A DNA stretch of 43,830 nucleotides from Candidatus Micrarchaeota archaeon (lineage in GTDB: Archaea; Micrarchaeota; Micrarchaeia; Anstonellales; Bilamarchaeaceae), in the NCBI GenBank assembly GCA_018304385.1, contig JAGVWJ010000002.1, positions 1 to 43,830 on the forward strand, given 5' to 3'. This document shows positions 17,912-27,065 of the stretch, piece after piece. The position numbers and the translations under genes were made by a program. Positions within the stretch are counted from its first letter, which is position 1, and every line of letters starts with the position of its first letter. The notes under the pieces were generated by a model that saw only the letters and a list, made by a program, of their open reading frames with translations, was not told the origin of the DNA and searched no databases.

Positions 17912-18385
17912 TTACACCGGTTGATTCACGAGCAACGTAGTTCCATTATTATAGAACGATATCACATTTTTGCAATTACTGCTTATTATTTTTTTACTTG
18001 GGCTTACACAACCTACAAAGTTATAATTATAAATGGGGATAGGATAGAAATTTGTTATATTTCCATAGGTTCCTTTCCATGTAAAGTACAAACCACCATT
18101 CGTAGTATCAAACAAAACCTCATAAGGTTTTGAAATGAGTGTTTTCTTAAATGTCATATTAAATCTGAAACCTTCACCGCTGCGCACTGAGAGTACAACT
18201 GCATCAGCGAAGCTATCTCCAACCTCTCTACTAAGAATAGACTCACGAAAACTTATTTCATTAGCCTGTAACGAAGAAACTATAGATAATGTAGCAATGA
18301 CAACAAGTAGAAAAACACCTGCGTATAGGAAGAATTCACTAGCTACCTGCCCATTGCTCATTGCTGATTGCCGACTGCTATCCAT
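17912..18385 (-). CDS. Type IV pilin-like protein (class III signal peptide)
   Basis: ...SNG|QVASEFFLYAGVFLLVVIATL, with E at +5. Confidence 0.75.
   Translation of the reverse strand: MDSSRQSAMSNGQVASEFFLYAGVFLLVVIATLSIVSSLQANEISFRESILSREVGDSFADAVVLSVRSGEGFRFNMTFKKTLISKPYEVLFDTTNGGLYFTWKGTYGNITNFYPIPIYNYNFVGCVSPSKKIISSNCKNVISFYNNGTTLLVNQPV
18340..18381. repeat. Degenerate heptamer tract (6 units) inside a pilin signal peptide
   Basis: tagctac ctgccca ttgctca ttgctga ttgccga ctgctat. Confidence 0.7.
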
Positions 18386-18809
18386 ATACTTCTACCTCAA
18401 CATCACCATTAGGCTTTGATTTTGTTCTTAATGTTATTGAAAATAAACCAGCCCGTTTATTCAGCGAACTAGGATTAATTATTGTCGCATTTGCAAATAT
18501 AGGAGAGGCTGCTTCATAAACGCCGCTAGATGTTTTAAGCCTTATTACAACCTCTTTGTCTTTTATACTTAAATTTTGCATGTTTGTAGGAAACGCAATA
18601 GTAATTGTTTTTTTCGATCCTGGGCCCTGAACAAATAACTCGTTAATATTGTCTGCAATCGTCTTAGATGCTGCATCTGCTTGCGCGAGCGTAGATTTTT
18701 CATACCCAAACTGAGAAACAGATAGCAGTAATAAAAGTACTGGGATTGTGAATGCGAAAACTACACCCACTGTTATTAATAGTTCTAATGAAACCTGTGC
18801 TTTCATCAT
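18378..18809 (-). CDS. Type IV pilin-like protein (class III signal peptide)
   Basis: MMKA|QVSLELLITVGVVFAFTIPVLL, E at +5; GAGGTG RBS before ATG 18809. Confidence 0.85.
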   Translation of the reverse strand: MMKAQVSLELLITVGVVFAFTIPVLLLLLSVSQFGYEKSTLAQADAASKTIADNINELFVQGPGSKKTITIAFPTNMQNLSIKDKEVVIRLKTSSGVYEAASPIFANATIINPSSLNKRAGLFSITLRTKSKPNGDVEVEVYG

Positions 18810-20386
18810 TCGCACCTCGCCTTGGTATCTACACAAGAAATATCCTTTCCATTCAAGAAATCGGATTTTGCATTTGATCCTAGCCTGAAATGCCCAAGCA
18901 AAGAATCATCAGAACACATATTGAAATCCCTACATCCAGGCATTCCTCTTATTTTATCACCAGAAATAGATGGATTTGAAAATAGCTCTCGATCTGCCCT
19001 ACTTACTGTATCTGGATAAGATGGAACAACTGGTGCACCAGCATCAATACCTGCTCCGCCAATATATTTGCCAACTAAAAATGTTTCTATTCCATAGGTG
19101 CTACTATTGCGCGCAAATGCATCGTCAAATAATCTTTGGAAATAGGATGGCGAGCGATAGTTTCGAACATAATAGCTACACATTGTGAAATCTCTAAGTT
19201 TTTCAATATCGTAGATGGCTGCTTGTGATTGCGAAGCAAGTTTTCTTTCTTTATTTGCGTTTACATCCTCATAACTATATTTCATAACAAATAACATACA
19301 TTTTCCATCTGGGCAATCACCACCAGAGTTTATATTGAAATTAGGTCGAACAATGAATGGTTTATTTGTTTGAATGTATGCACCACTAAAATCTGGATTA
19401 GGACAATCTAGAGAATTATAAACTAAAGCATTGATTGTATTGAATTGATTATTCTTGCCTGGACAGGCAGAAGCAGAGGCCTCTACTGTATTAGTAACAA
19501 TATATGCGCCAAACTGACCATAATCAACTGTTGCATTACTCAAACCCGCAATTTCTGTATAATTACCAACTAAGATATACCTGCTTCTTTGGTTATCTTG
19601 GATGCTCTGTGCGTTATTTACGTGCACCATCGGCCCATAGAACCAGCCTTGGCCATCACTTGTAGGAACGGAAAGGTCCCGTGGTGTAAAGTTAGAGCTA
19701 TTCTGATAGCCTGAATAAAAGAAGAATTGCTTTTCTATTGGTGTTGCTGAGCCATGTTTCTTATCTTCTCTATTTATTGCAGGATCAACTAAGCCCTCTA
19801 TAGTCATATTGCCACGCAAACTATAGTCCCTGCTTATAGATGCAAGGCCGCTCTTTTCCTCTATAGTAAGGTGAACATCAAATGAATAATTAAGCGAATG
19901 AACAGCTACCTGCTTTATTGAAAAATTATCCAATGAGAATCTGCCTATTTGCATGCCGGTTTTTGATATAGAATTATTTAGACTATCAACCCACCCAGTA
20001 AAGGAATTTTGAACACCAATATCTAACTCTAAATTAGTAACAAAATTGCTAGCATTCGCTTTGCCATAGTACATCAACTCATAGAATGTTTTATTTACAT
20101 AATAAAATTCACCAGCTGACCCACTAATACCATTGGATTTAACTGGGTTATCTGCAGCAAACTCATTTAGTTTAAATAATGCGTCATAAGAAACTATTCT
20201 AGCTAGTTTTTCCAATTTATCTTTTGTAACTTGCGTGGCTACAAGGTCTAGATTAGATGTTCTAAAACGATCTGAAAATCGCCTCTCATTTTCCTCTACT
20301 GCTTTTGTCCATATAGATATAGATAATAATATGTAACTAAGTATCAAGAAAATCGCGACTACAAAGAAAAAACCCTTGGAATTCAT
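18806..20386 (-). CDS. Large pilin-like / adhesin-like surface protein with class III signal peptide
   Basis: MNSKG|FFFVVAIFLILSYILL followed by a ~500-aa Asn/Ser-rich, Cys-containing domain. Confidence 0.7.
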   Translation of the reverse strand: MNSKGFFFVVAIFLILSYILLSISIWTKAVEENERRFSDRFRTSNLDLVATQVTKDKLEKLARIVSYDALFKLNEFAADNPVKSNGISGSAGEFYYVNKTFYELMYYGKANASNFVTNLELDIGVQNSFTGWVDSLNNSISKTGMQIGRFSLDNFSIKQVAVHSLNYSFDVHLTIEEKSGLASISRDYSLRGNMTIEGLVDPAINREDKKHGSATPIEKQFFFYSGYQNSSNFTPRDLSVPTSDGQGWFYGPMVHVNNAQSIQDNQRSRYILVGNYTEIAGLSNATVDYGQFGAYIVTNTVEASASACPGKNNQFNTINALVYNSLDCPNPDFSGAYIQTNKPFIVRPNFNINSGGDCPDGKCMLFVMKYSYEDVNANKERKLASQSQAAIYDIEKLRDFTMCSYYVRNYRSPSYFQRLFDDAFARNSSTYGIETFLVGKYIGGAGIDAGAPVVPSYPDTVSRADRELFSNPSISGDKIRGMPGCRDFNMCSDDSLLGHFRLGSNAKSDFLNGKDISCVDTKARCE

Positions 20387-20395
20387 ATTAATCAT

Positions 20396-20980
20396 CTAGA
20401 TAAACACCGTTAATTTAACCACCTTTATGCTTACGCTCGGAAGAGTATATGGCGATATTGGTACATCGCAGACAACTGCAGCACCACTGCAAGTCATATA
20501 GCTATATGGATTCTCTGGTGGTGTTGGCTGATCTTTATAATCAAAAACAACTGTGTATGAAGAAACAGTAAGTCTTTGATTTTTTGTATTATGCGGATCA
20601 TCTAGGATCGTATTGCCATTTGCTGTGTTGTATAGCTCGGTCCAAGAACCGCCTGTGCTTGTCTCTACTGCATAGCCAAACTGTTGTGGTATGCGCTGGC
20701 CAATAAAAAAATCAATATCCCCTTTTGAGTCATCTGTACGCAGTATAAGAAAATCTAATACACTAATATCAGGAGTACAGTCTGGTTGTGGATAGGTGCA
20801 TTTAGTCTGGGATAGTGCCAAAAGCGTATCTTTTGATAGATAATGCGCCTGCGTAAGCGAATTATAATAAGCAGAAGGAATACTAGAAAAGAATATTAGT
20901 GTGTAAATCGCAACAAGCGCCAGCGTAAATGCTATAAATGCGTCTAAAGAAAAGATAAACCCACGGACAGTATTTTTCAT
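20396..20980 (-). CDS. Type IV pilin-like protein (class III signal peptide)
   Basis: MKNTVRG|FIFSLDAFIAFTLALVAI; start moved from 21055 to 20980; TTTATAAA at 21003-21010 fits a leaderless promoter. Confidence 0.78.
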   Translation of the reverse strand: MKNTVRGFIFSLDAFIAFTLALVAIYTLIFFSSIPSAYYNSLTQAHYLSKDTLLALSQTKCTYPQPDCTPDISVLDFLILRTDDSKGDIDFFIGQRIPQQFGYAVETSTGGSWTELYNTANGNTILDDPHNTKNQRLTVSSYTVVFDYKDQPTPPENPYSYMTCSGAAVVCDVPISPYTLPSVSIKVVKLTVFI

Positions 20981-21011
20981 TAAATCTATTTCCGTTACAA
21001 TATTTATAAAC

Positions 21012-22088
21012 CTAATACTCCCGATCATTGAACAGCTCATTCTTAAAGAATTCATATTTTTCTTTTAGAATGGAATCGTTTTCTGCGCGATTACGGAACT
21101 CTTCACCTTGCAATATGTAAAAGGTAAAGTGCTGCGCAAAGTTTTCTGCATCATTAGCAGTTGAATAAACGTCCATAAACCCATAAGGTGGAGAACTAGC
21201 TGAAGCATTATAAGCAAATGTCACATTAAAAATAACTGCTCGTTTTTCATCAAGATGTTTCCAATGGTTTTCCTTGTCTTCATATATGCCACGAATACCA
21301 TGGTAATCTAAGATATGTGCAAATTCGTGGATCACCTGCTGCTCGCTTAATGATTGTTCAAGAATAGATCCTCGATCCATTCCAACTAAAATGCCTTGTT
21401 CTGGCCAGGATCCTAAAACAGTATAACCGCGACCGTATTGGTGGCTTAAATAAAATGTTTTATCTTTCATAGACTTAAGCAAATCATCTGGGATTTTATA
21501 AAGTCCTTTAGAAACCTCTAATATATTCTGGATATCGTCAACAGGCAAAAAGTCTCCTGGTTTTGATCCATTGTAATAAAAATCATTTACTGATTTGTTC
21601 ACACCAACTAGCTTAATACTATGAGCAGCTGCCCATTCCTTGAATTTATTTATCTCTTCAGATATATCTTGTTCTGTTATATTTTGCTCTATAGCCACTG
21701 CGGTTTCGTTTCTAATAATTGTATCAACAACATAACTTTCTTTTTTATATATGCATTCTCCATATCCGCTTCCACATTCATTACAGATTTTATATCCAAC
21801 TGAACAGAAATTTTCAATGCATTGCGTGCGTGCGCCAGGTGTACAGATTCTTTTTGTTATGCATCCTGTCCATGCACCATCAACACATACGCGCTCGCCA
21901 CTGCAGCCAAGAGAATTAGTACATGCTTCTTGCTCGCCATCTTTACAAGCTGGTTTAGGCATGGAGATCTTAGAAAGTGAAGGCGCTTGCTGGCTAATAG
22001 TTGGTCCAAAAAAAGCATAGACAATAACAAATAGCAGAACAATTAACAAAAACAGAGGACCATACTTATTTAACATGAATAGAATCAC
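21012..22088 (-). CDS. Membrane-anchored protein with Cys-rich repeats and a C-terminal zincin peptidase domain
   Basis: N-terminal TM, two Cys-rich modules (C..G....C....GCSG.R.C..G.W.GC), IHEFAHILD and downstream Y....E.FA. Confidence 0.72.
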   Translation of the reverse strand: MILFMLNKYGPLFLLIVLLFVIVYAFFGPTISQQAPSLSKISMPKPACKDGEQEACTNSLGCSGERVCVDGAWTGCITKRICTPGARTQCIENFCSVGYKICNECGSGYGECIYKKESYVVDTIIRNETAVAIEQNITEQDISEEINKFKEWAAAHSIKLVGVNKSVNDFYYNGSKPGDFLPVDDIQNILEVSKGLYKIPDDLLKSMKDKTFYLSHQYGRGYTVLGSWPEQGILVGMDRGSILEQSLSEQQVIHEFAHILDYHGIRGIYEDKENHWKHLDEKRAVIFNVTFAYNASASSPPYGFMDVYSTANDAENFAQHFTFYILQGEEFRNRAENDSILKEKYEFFKNELFNDREY

Positions 22089-23059
22089 TATTCAAATTTT
22101 AGTGAAACCTTACCATTTGAATTATCTTGGAATACTCCTTTAAAAAACGAATTAAGACCGAATAAACCTTGCTCATCCTGAGTAATTTTTATCTCGCAGG
22201 TTCTAGCATCTTCTCTTGGTATACCCGCGAGCTCAGCAACCTTCTTTAATGCATCACGCTTACTGCCTAGTTGATCAACTAAACCAACCTGCTTTGCCTG
22301 TCTTCCACTTAATATCCTGCCATCAAGTACCTCTTCAAATTTTTCTCTATTTAGCTTATCCTTTCTGTTTTCTAGTACTGTTGATTTGAATTCAACAAAT
22401 ACCTCATCTACAATATCCTGGATGATCTTCTTTTCTTCAACAGTCATAGGCCTTGAAGGCGAACCTATGTCCTTGTGCTCTCCAGATGTAACTGAAGTCA
22501 TGTTTAAGCCGACCTTTTCAAATAGTTCAGACATGTCGCTAAATGTAGCAACTACGCCAATGCTTCCAGTGATTGCATTAGGATCTGCAACTATATAATC
22601 AGTAGGTGTCGCAATATAATAACCTCCAGATGCAGCTACCTCCCTAAAATATGCAACCTTGGGTTTTTTCAATTCCTTAATTGAATCATATATCTCGCGC
22701 GTTGCAACTACTCCACCGCCTGGCGAATTTATCACGAAGAGTACGCCTACAACATCATCGCGTGTATCTAAATTATAGATAATATTAGCTATTTCCTCTG
22801 ATCCGGCTTGGCCTTCTGAAAACAGAGATGCTTTTGCGCTTTGAGTAGTAATTTCTTGATCAATGTTAACAATTGCTATACATCTGCCGCCAAAAAAGAA
22901 TGATACACCTGGTGAAGATGAAAATGCAAATACAAATGCAATAAGAACTAGGAAACCTGCTACTAACAGAAATATGGTTACATATAAGGAAAGATTATTT
23001 TTCTGTTTTGGAACAAGTTCAATTTTACTGGAGGATTTATAATCATCAGTTCTAGGCAT
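22088..23059 (-). CDS. sppA: Signal peptide peptidase SppA (peptidase S49)
   Basis: INSPGGGV, AASGGYYIA, TGSIGV, KDIGSP, DGRILSG.QA..VGLVD.LG. Confidence 0.95.
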   Translation of the reverse strand: MPRTDDYKSSSKIELVPKQKNNLSLYVTIFLLVAGFLVLIAFVFAFSSSPGVSFFFGGRCIAIVNIDQEITTQSAKASLFSEGQAGSEEIANIIYNLDTRDDVVGVLFVINSPGGGVVATREIYDSIKELKKPKVAYFREVAASGGYYIATPTDYIVADPNAITGSIGVVATFSDMSELFEKVGLNMTSVTSGEHKDIGSPSRPMTVEEKKIIQDIVDEVFVEFKSTVLENRKDKLNREKFEEVLDGRILSGRQAKQVGLVDQLGSKRDALKKVAELAGIPREDARTCEIKITQDEQGLFGLNSFFKGVFQDNSNGKVSLKFE

Positions 23060-23060
23060 T

Positions 23061-23123
23061 GAGAAATCACCTGTGATTTCGAGAGACTTGAGCTTTGCTC
23101 AAGCGGATCGAGAAATCACCTGT
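23061..23123. repeat. 14-bp direct repeat bracketing a 35-bp hairpin insert
   Basis: gagaaatcacctgt at 23061-23074 and 23110-23123; internal inverted repeat cttgagc-ttt-gctcaag (23087-23103). Confidence 0.75.
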
Positions 23124-23175
23124 TATTTTGTTAAAATGGAAGTATATAAAAACTTATACCTGAATTTATAAAATA

Positions 23176-23691
23176 ATGTTAGACTTAATATCGCTAATTT
23201 TATACATACTACCAAGCTATTTCGCTAATTCTGTTCCTGTAGTGCTTGGTGGTGGGCTGGCGCTGGACTTAGGAAAGAAATTTTCTGATAAACAAAGGAT
23301 ATTTGGAGAAGGAAAAACTATTCGCGGATTTATTGCGGGTGTTGCTGCAGGCATATTAGTTGCTGCATTGATTGCTAACGGCGTTGTATTGCCATTTTTT
23401 GAAGATAAACAATCCCAGTTTTTAGCTGGCACTGCACTTGCGTTTGGCACAATGCTTGGCGATGCTCTTGGCAGCTTTATAAAAAGAAGAATGAAAATAA
23501 AGCAAGGCCAGCCATTTTTATTGGATACTTTTCTGTTTGTTGTTTTTGCGCTTGTGCTTGCTTACCCATTTACGCTTCCCAGCTTTTATAACAGTGAGAA
23601 CATTTTATTTATATTAGTAGTTACACTTATTTTGCATCCTATGTTTAATATAATCGCGAACAAGTTAGGATTAAAAAAGGTGCCGTGGTAA
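23176..23691 (+). CDS. carS: CDP-archaeol synthase (DUF46)
   Basis: LPSYFANSVPV..GGG..LD.G..F.D..RIFGEGKTIRG; G.MLGD.LGSFIKRR. Confidence 0.9.
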   Translation: MLDLISLILYILPSYFANSVPVVLGGGLALDLGKKFSDKQRIFGEGKTIRGFIAGVAAGILVAALIANGVVLPFFEDKQSQFLAGTALAFGTMLGDALGSFIKRRMKIKQGQPFLLDTFLFVVFALVLAYPFTLPSFYNSENILFILVVTLILHPMFNIIANKLGLKKVPW

Positions 23692-23720
23692 TTTAAACAC
23701 TTCGTTACATAAAGTATTAC

Positions 23721-24467
23721 ATGAACCAATTAGTTACATCTCGGTTAACAGCTGATTCAAAACTTCCAAAAGGATTTGGCAAATATAAACGAGAGACCCC
23801 TCACCCAGTAAGAAGATTAAAAATAAGAGAAAACCCCGTGCTAGCAGAGCTTAAAGAGGCTTGGCGCAGATTTGAATACATAATAGATGATGCAGATATA
23901 CGACAGAATTACAAAAAAGCCTGCGAAGCAATAAAAAGAATTAGATATTCTGCGAGAGATGTGGAAAATTTTAGTATTGCAATAGCAGAATTCCAAGAAG
24001 AGGAAGACTTCTTCTATTCGAAAGCTGGCTTATTTTTAAGTGCATTAATTAATAGTGGGACTGATGAAGATTACGTCTTGCAAATAGCACATCTGGAAAA
24101 GGAACTTTGTGACTTAGGCTATAAGAATATTAAAAATATAGTAATAAAAGGAAGCGTCAAATTGAATACATGCCAACTTATGGAGAGAGGAACTGTAACA
24201 ATAGAGGGAAACTGCGATGCGCAGTCTATGTTTTGTATGAAAGGTGGAACCATCGTAATAAACGGTAATCTTAATGCAAGTGAATGTTGTGAGCGTATGA
24301 CTGGCGGAGCAATCATAGTAAAGGGTGATCTTATCGGGGAAATGGAGGATGGAATGTACGGTGGCGAGCTGCATGTGTATGGCGACTACACAGATAAAGA
24401 AGTTCGAACAATTGGTAAGTGGAAGTTTTATCACAAAGGAGTCTTAGTCACAGGAAAAGAAGAATAG
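23721..24467 (+). CDS. Hypothetical protein with a C-terminal FwdC/GltB-like (GXGXG) beta-helix
   Basis: Repeats MERGTVTIEGN, MKGGTIVINGN, MTGGAIIVKGD, MYGGELHVYGD. Confidence 0.7.
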   Translation: MNQLVTSRLTADSKLPKGFGKYKRETPHPVRRLKIRENPVLAELKEAWRRFEYIIDDADIRQNYKKACEAIKRIRYSARDVENFSIAIAEFQEEEDFFYSKAGLFLSALINSGTDEDYVLQIAHLEKELCDLGYKNIKNIVIKGSVKLNTCQLMERGTVTIEGNCDAQSMFCMKGGTIVINGNLNASECCERMTGGAIIVKGDLIGEMEDGMYGGELHVYGDYTDKEVRTIGKWKFYHKGVLVTGKEE

Positions 24468-24501
24468 AAAGCCTTTAATTAATTACATTAGTTTTCTTCT
24501 T

Positions 24502-25575
24502 ATGGAACTAACCAAAGCATTGGCACTCGAAGCAAAGAAAAAAGGCAAGCTTGCGTTTCATGATGAGTATGGTATAAAGTTTGCTAGATTTATAGCTGAT
24601 TTTCGTAGTATAGAACGTGGCACTATTATTATTGGCAATAGAGTAATTTATGCCTATCCACACATTAAACGAATTTTTACGCTTGAACGCGGTATTGCAA
24701 GAAATATAAAAAGCGAAACTGTTTATATAGAGGAGAAAATTGATGGATATAATACCCGGGTAGCGAGCGTAAATGGAAAGATTGTTGCATTTAGCAGAGG
24801 CGGATTTATAGATTATTTTATTACTGAAAAAGTGAGCGAGAGTACTTCAATAAGAAAATTCTTTTCAAAATTTCCTCAAGCTATTTTTTGTGCTGAAGCA
24901 ATAGGCAATACTCCATATACAAAGCCAACGAAAGATTTTGACATAAAGATCTTTGTTTTTGATATAGCTACAAATAATGGATACGTACCTTGCAGTGAGC
25001 GATACGAACTACTAAGGAAATTTGGAATTGAAGACGTACCTGCTATTGGAAAATTTCAAAGAATTAACATAAAAGATATAAATAAAATTGCGTTAGCAAT
25101 TTTAAAGGCAAAAAAAGAGGGTATTGTAATTAAAAGCGATGATAGAAAGGAGGCAATAAAATATGTCACACCTTATGCAGACATTAGCGATATAGCAAAC
25201 AATACAAGATTATTATTTGATATGCCACTTGGATTTTACATGCAACGCGTGCTAAGGAGCGCAATGTTCATAAAGGACTTTGATCTTGATCATGAGCACT
25301 ATGCAAAGCAACTTGGCGAAGCATTTTACAATAAATTAATAGATGCACTTCAGAAATTAGAAAAAGGTGAAGAAATCAGTGAGGAGTTTGAAATAACAAT
25401 AAAAGATACAAACACGTGGGATATGCTTTTGAGGCAGATGAGTCGCGAAGTGAAGATAGAAAAACTATTTGAAAAGGAAGAGAATGGAAAATTGCGCATT
25501 AGATTTAAGAAGATTTATAGAAGAACGAATAAGAGATTGCGTGAATTGCTAAATGGAAAGGGAGTGGAGGATTAA
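24502..25575 (+). CDS. ATP-dependent RNA ligase, Pab1020 family
   Basis: Motif I EEKIDGYN, SRGGF, VFDI, KEGIVIK, VKY-like KYVT and the C-terminal P.GF...RV.R dimerisation region. Confidence 0.92.
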   Translation: MELTKALALEAKKKGKLAFHDEYGIKFARFIADFRSIERGTIIIGNRVIYAYPHIKRIFTLERGIARNIKSETVYIEEKIDGYNTRVASVNGKIVAFSRGGFIDYFITEKVSESTSIRKFFSKFPQAIFCAEAIGNTPYTKPTKDFDIKIFVFDIATNNGYVPCSERYELLRKFGIEDVPAIGKFQRINIKDINKIALAILKAKKEGIVIKSDDRKEAIKYVTPYADISDIANNTRLLFDMPLGFYMQRVLRSAMFIKDFDLDHEHYAKQLGEAFYNKLIDALQKLEKGEEISEEFEITIKDTNTWDMLLRQMSREVKIEKLFEKEENGKLRIRFKKIYRRTNKRLRELLNGKGVED

Positions 25576-25586
25576 AGATATACCGA

Positions 25587-25604
25587 TTTACCAGAAATGG
25601 TAAA
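25587..25604 (+). terminator. Hairpin after the RNA ligase gene, possible terminator
   Basis: tttacca-gaaa-tggtaaa perfect 7-bp stem, with a T-rich tract about 10 nt downstream. Confidence 0.4.
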
Positions 25605-25685
25605 CAGATGGCCTTTTATTTTTTCGTATGTTTTGCGTTTTCGGTTTCGATAAGATTAAAAATAGGATAAAATATAATTTTATTT

Positions 25686-25898
25686 ATGAAGTTGCGGGTT
25701 ATTATCGAACAGGATGAAGATGGCATTTATGTTGCTACATGCCCAAATTTACCAGGATGCGTCTCACAAGGAAAAACCAGAGAAGAGGCATTAGAAAACA
25801 TAAAAGATGCCATGCAAGGTTATATTGTCAGTTTAAAGAAACATAACGAACCCATACCTCCTTCTATCCAAGAAGAAGTTGTTGAAGTTCATGCCTAA
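25686..25898 (+). CDS. hicB: HicB-family antitoxin
   Basis: IIEQDEDG.YVATCP.LPGCVSQG.T.EEAL.NIKDA. Confidence 0.93.
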   Translation: MKLRVIIEQDEDGIYVATCPNLPGCVSQGKTREEALENIKDAMQGYIVSLKKHNEPIPPSIQEEVVEVHA

Positions 25899-26124
25899 AT
25901 TGCCAGTTATTTCAGGTAAAGAGTTAGTTAAACTTTTATTTAAGCTAGGCTATCAGTTGGATCATCAGACTGGAAGTCATATGATTCTTAGACAAGACCA
26001 TGAGCCACATAGGAGAGTTACTGTACCGAATCATAAGGAAATCGCAAAAGGAACCCTATTATCAATAATGAGGGAAGTGGGGCTATCAAGAGACGAATTT
26101 TTCAAGCTTTATTATGGAAAATAG
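25891..26124 (+). CDS. hicA: HicA-family mRNA interferase toxin
   Basis: MPKLPVISGKELVK.L...GY...HQTGSH..L......VTVPNH.EI.KGTL.SI; start moved to 25891. Confidence 0.93.
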   Translation: MPKLPVISGKELVKLLFKLGYQLDHQTGSHMILRQDHEPHRRVTVPNHKEIAKGTLLSIMREVGLSRDEFFKLYYGK

Positions 26125-26168
26125 CTGCAAAGAAATAGTTTATTAATCACTAATTTGAATAACTTCCT

Positions 26169-27023
26169 ATGAAAGAAGAAACAAAAGCGCTTATAGAACT
26201 TAATCTTGGTGTTTTACTCCTCTCAATGGTAGGGTTATTCGGAAAATGGATAGAATTACCAGCAACTATAATTATTCTAGGGCGGGTCTTTTTTGCTACA
26301 ATTGCTTTATTCACAATCCTAAAATTATCCAAACAAAGTCTAGTAATAAAGTCAAAGAAGGAATTAGGTTATTTGGTTATAATGGGGATATTTTTTGGAA
26401 TCCATATGGTTGCATTCTTTGAGTCAGTACAAATATCAACTGTGGCAATAGCAATGATAACCATTTATACATACCCACTCTTCATAACCTTTCTTGAGCC
26501 CCTCCTATCAAAAGAGAAGTTAAGGGGGATAGATATCATTCTTGCTTTGGTCGTACTTTTAGGTGTGATATTAATAGTTCCGAATTTTGAAATTGCGAAT
26601 GATACTTTCAAGGGGGTTTTATGGGGTCTTTTAGCTGCTTTTACCTTTTCAGTAGCAACAGTTATGAATAGAAAATATGTGCAATCTTATTCAAGTTCAT
26701 TAATCATGTTTTATGAAACTGCAATATCATTCATAATTTTAATTCCGTTTCTTTTTATTGAGCACTTTATAATAAAAACTATTGATCTATTTTTAGTCAT
26801 GCTATTGGGGGTAGTCTTTACTGCTATCGCATATACGTTATTCGTAAAAGGTATGAAATATATTAAAGCCCAAAAAGCTGGTCTGATTGCAACAATCGAA
26901 CCAGTTTATAGCATCTTCTTTGCTGCGATATTCTTGGCTGAAATTCCTGAATTGAGAACGTTAATTGGAGCAGCACTAATTCTTGGTGTTGCTATCTTTA
27001 CGCAGTTGAAAATGGAAAACTAG
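26169..27023 (+). CDS. EamA/DMT-family transporter
   Basis: Ten hydrophobic segments in two EamA repeats; IEPV..I..A..FL.E motif. Confidence 0.9.
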   Translation: MKEETKALIELNLGVLLLSMVGLFGKWIELPATIIILGRVFFATIALFTILKLSKQSLVIKSKKELGYLVIMGIFFGIHMVAFFESVQISTVAIAMITIYTYPLFITFLEPLLSKEKLRGIDIILALVVLLGVILIVPNFEIANDTFKGVLWGLLAAFTFSVATVMNRKYVQSYSSSLIMFYETAISFIILIPFLFIEHFIIKTIDLFLVMLLGVVFTAIAYTLFVKGMKYIKAQKAGLIATIEPVYSIFFAAIFLAEIPELRTLIGAALILGVAIFTQLKMEN

Positions 27024-27065
27024 TGGCCTATTGCCAACGGCCAATTGCTAAATGCCAATAGCCAA
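27024..27065. repeat. Degenerate heptamer tract (6 units) filling a convergent intergenic gap
   Basis: tggccta ttgccaa cggccaa ttgctaa atgccaa tagccaa. Confidence 0.85.

Noticed and set aside
25576-26168. Search for direct repeats flanking hicBA like those at the other two TA modules
   Set aside because: None found by eye, so no cassette boundary is claimed.
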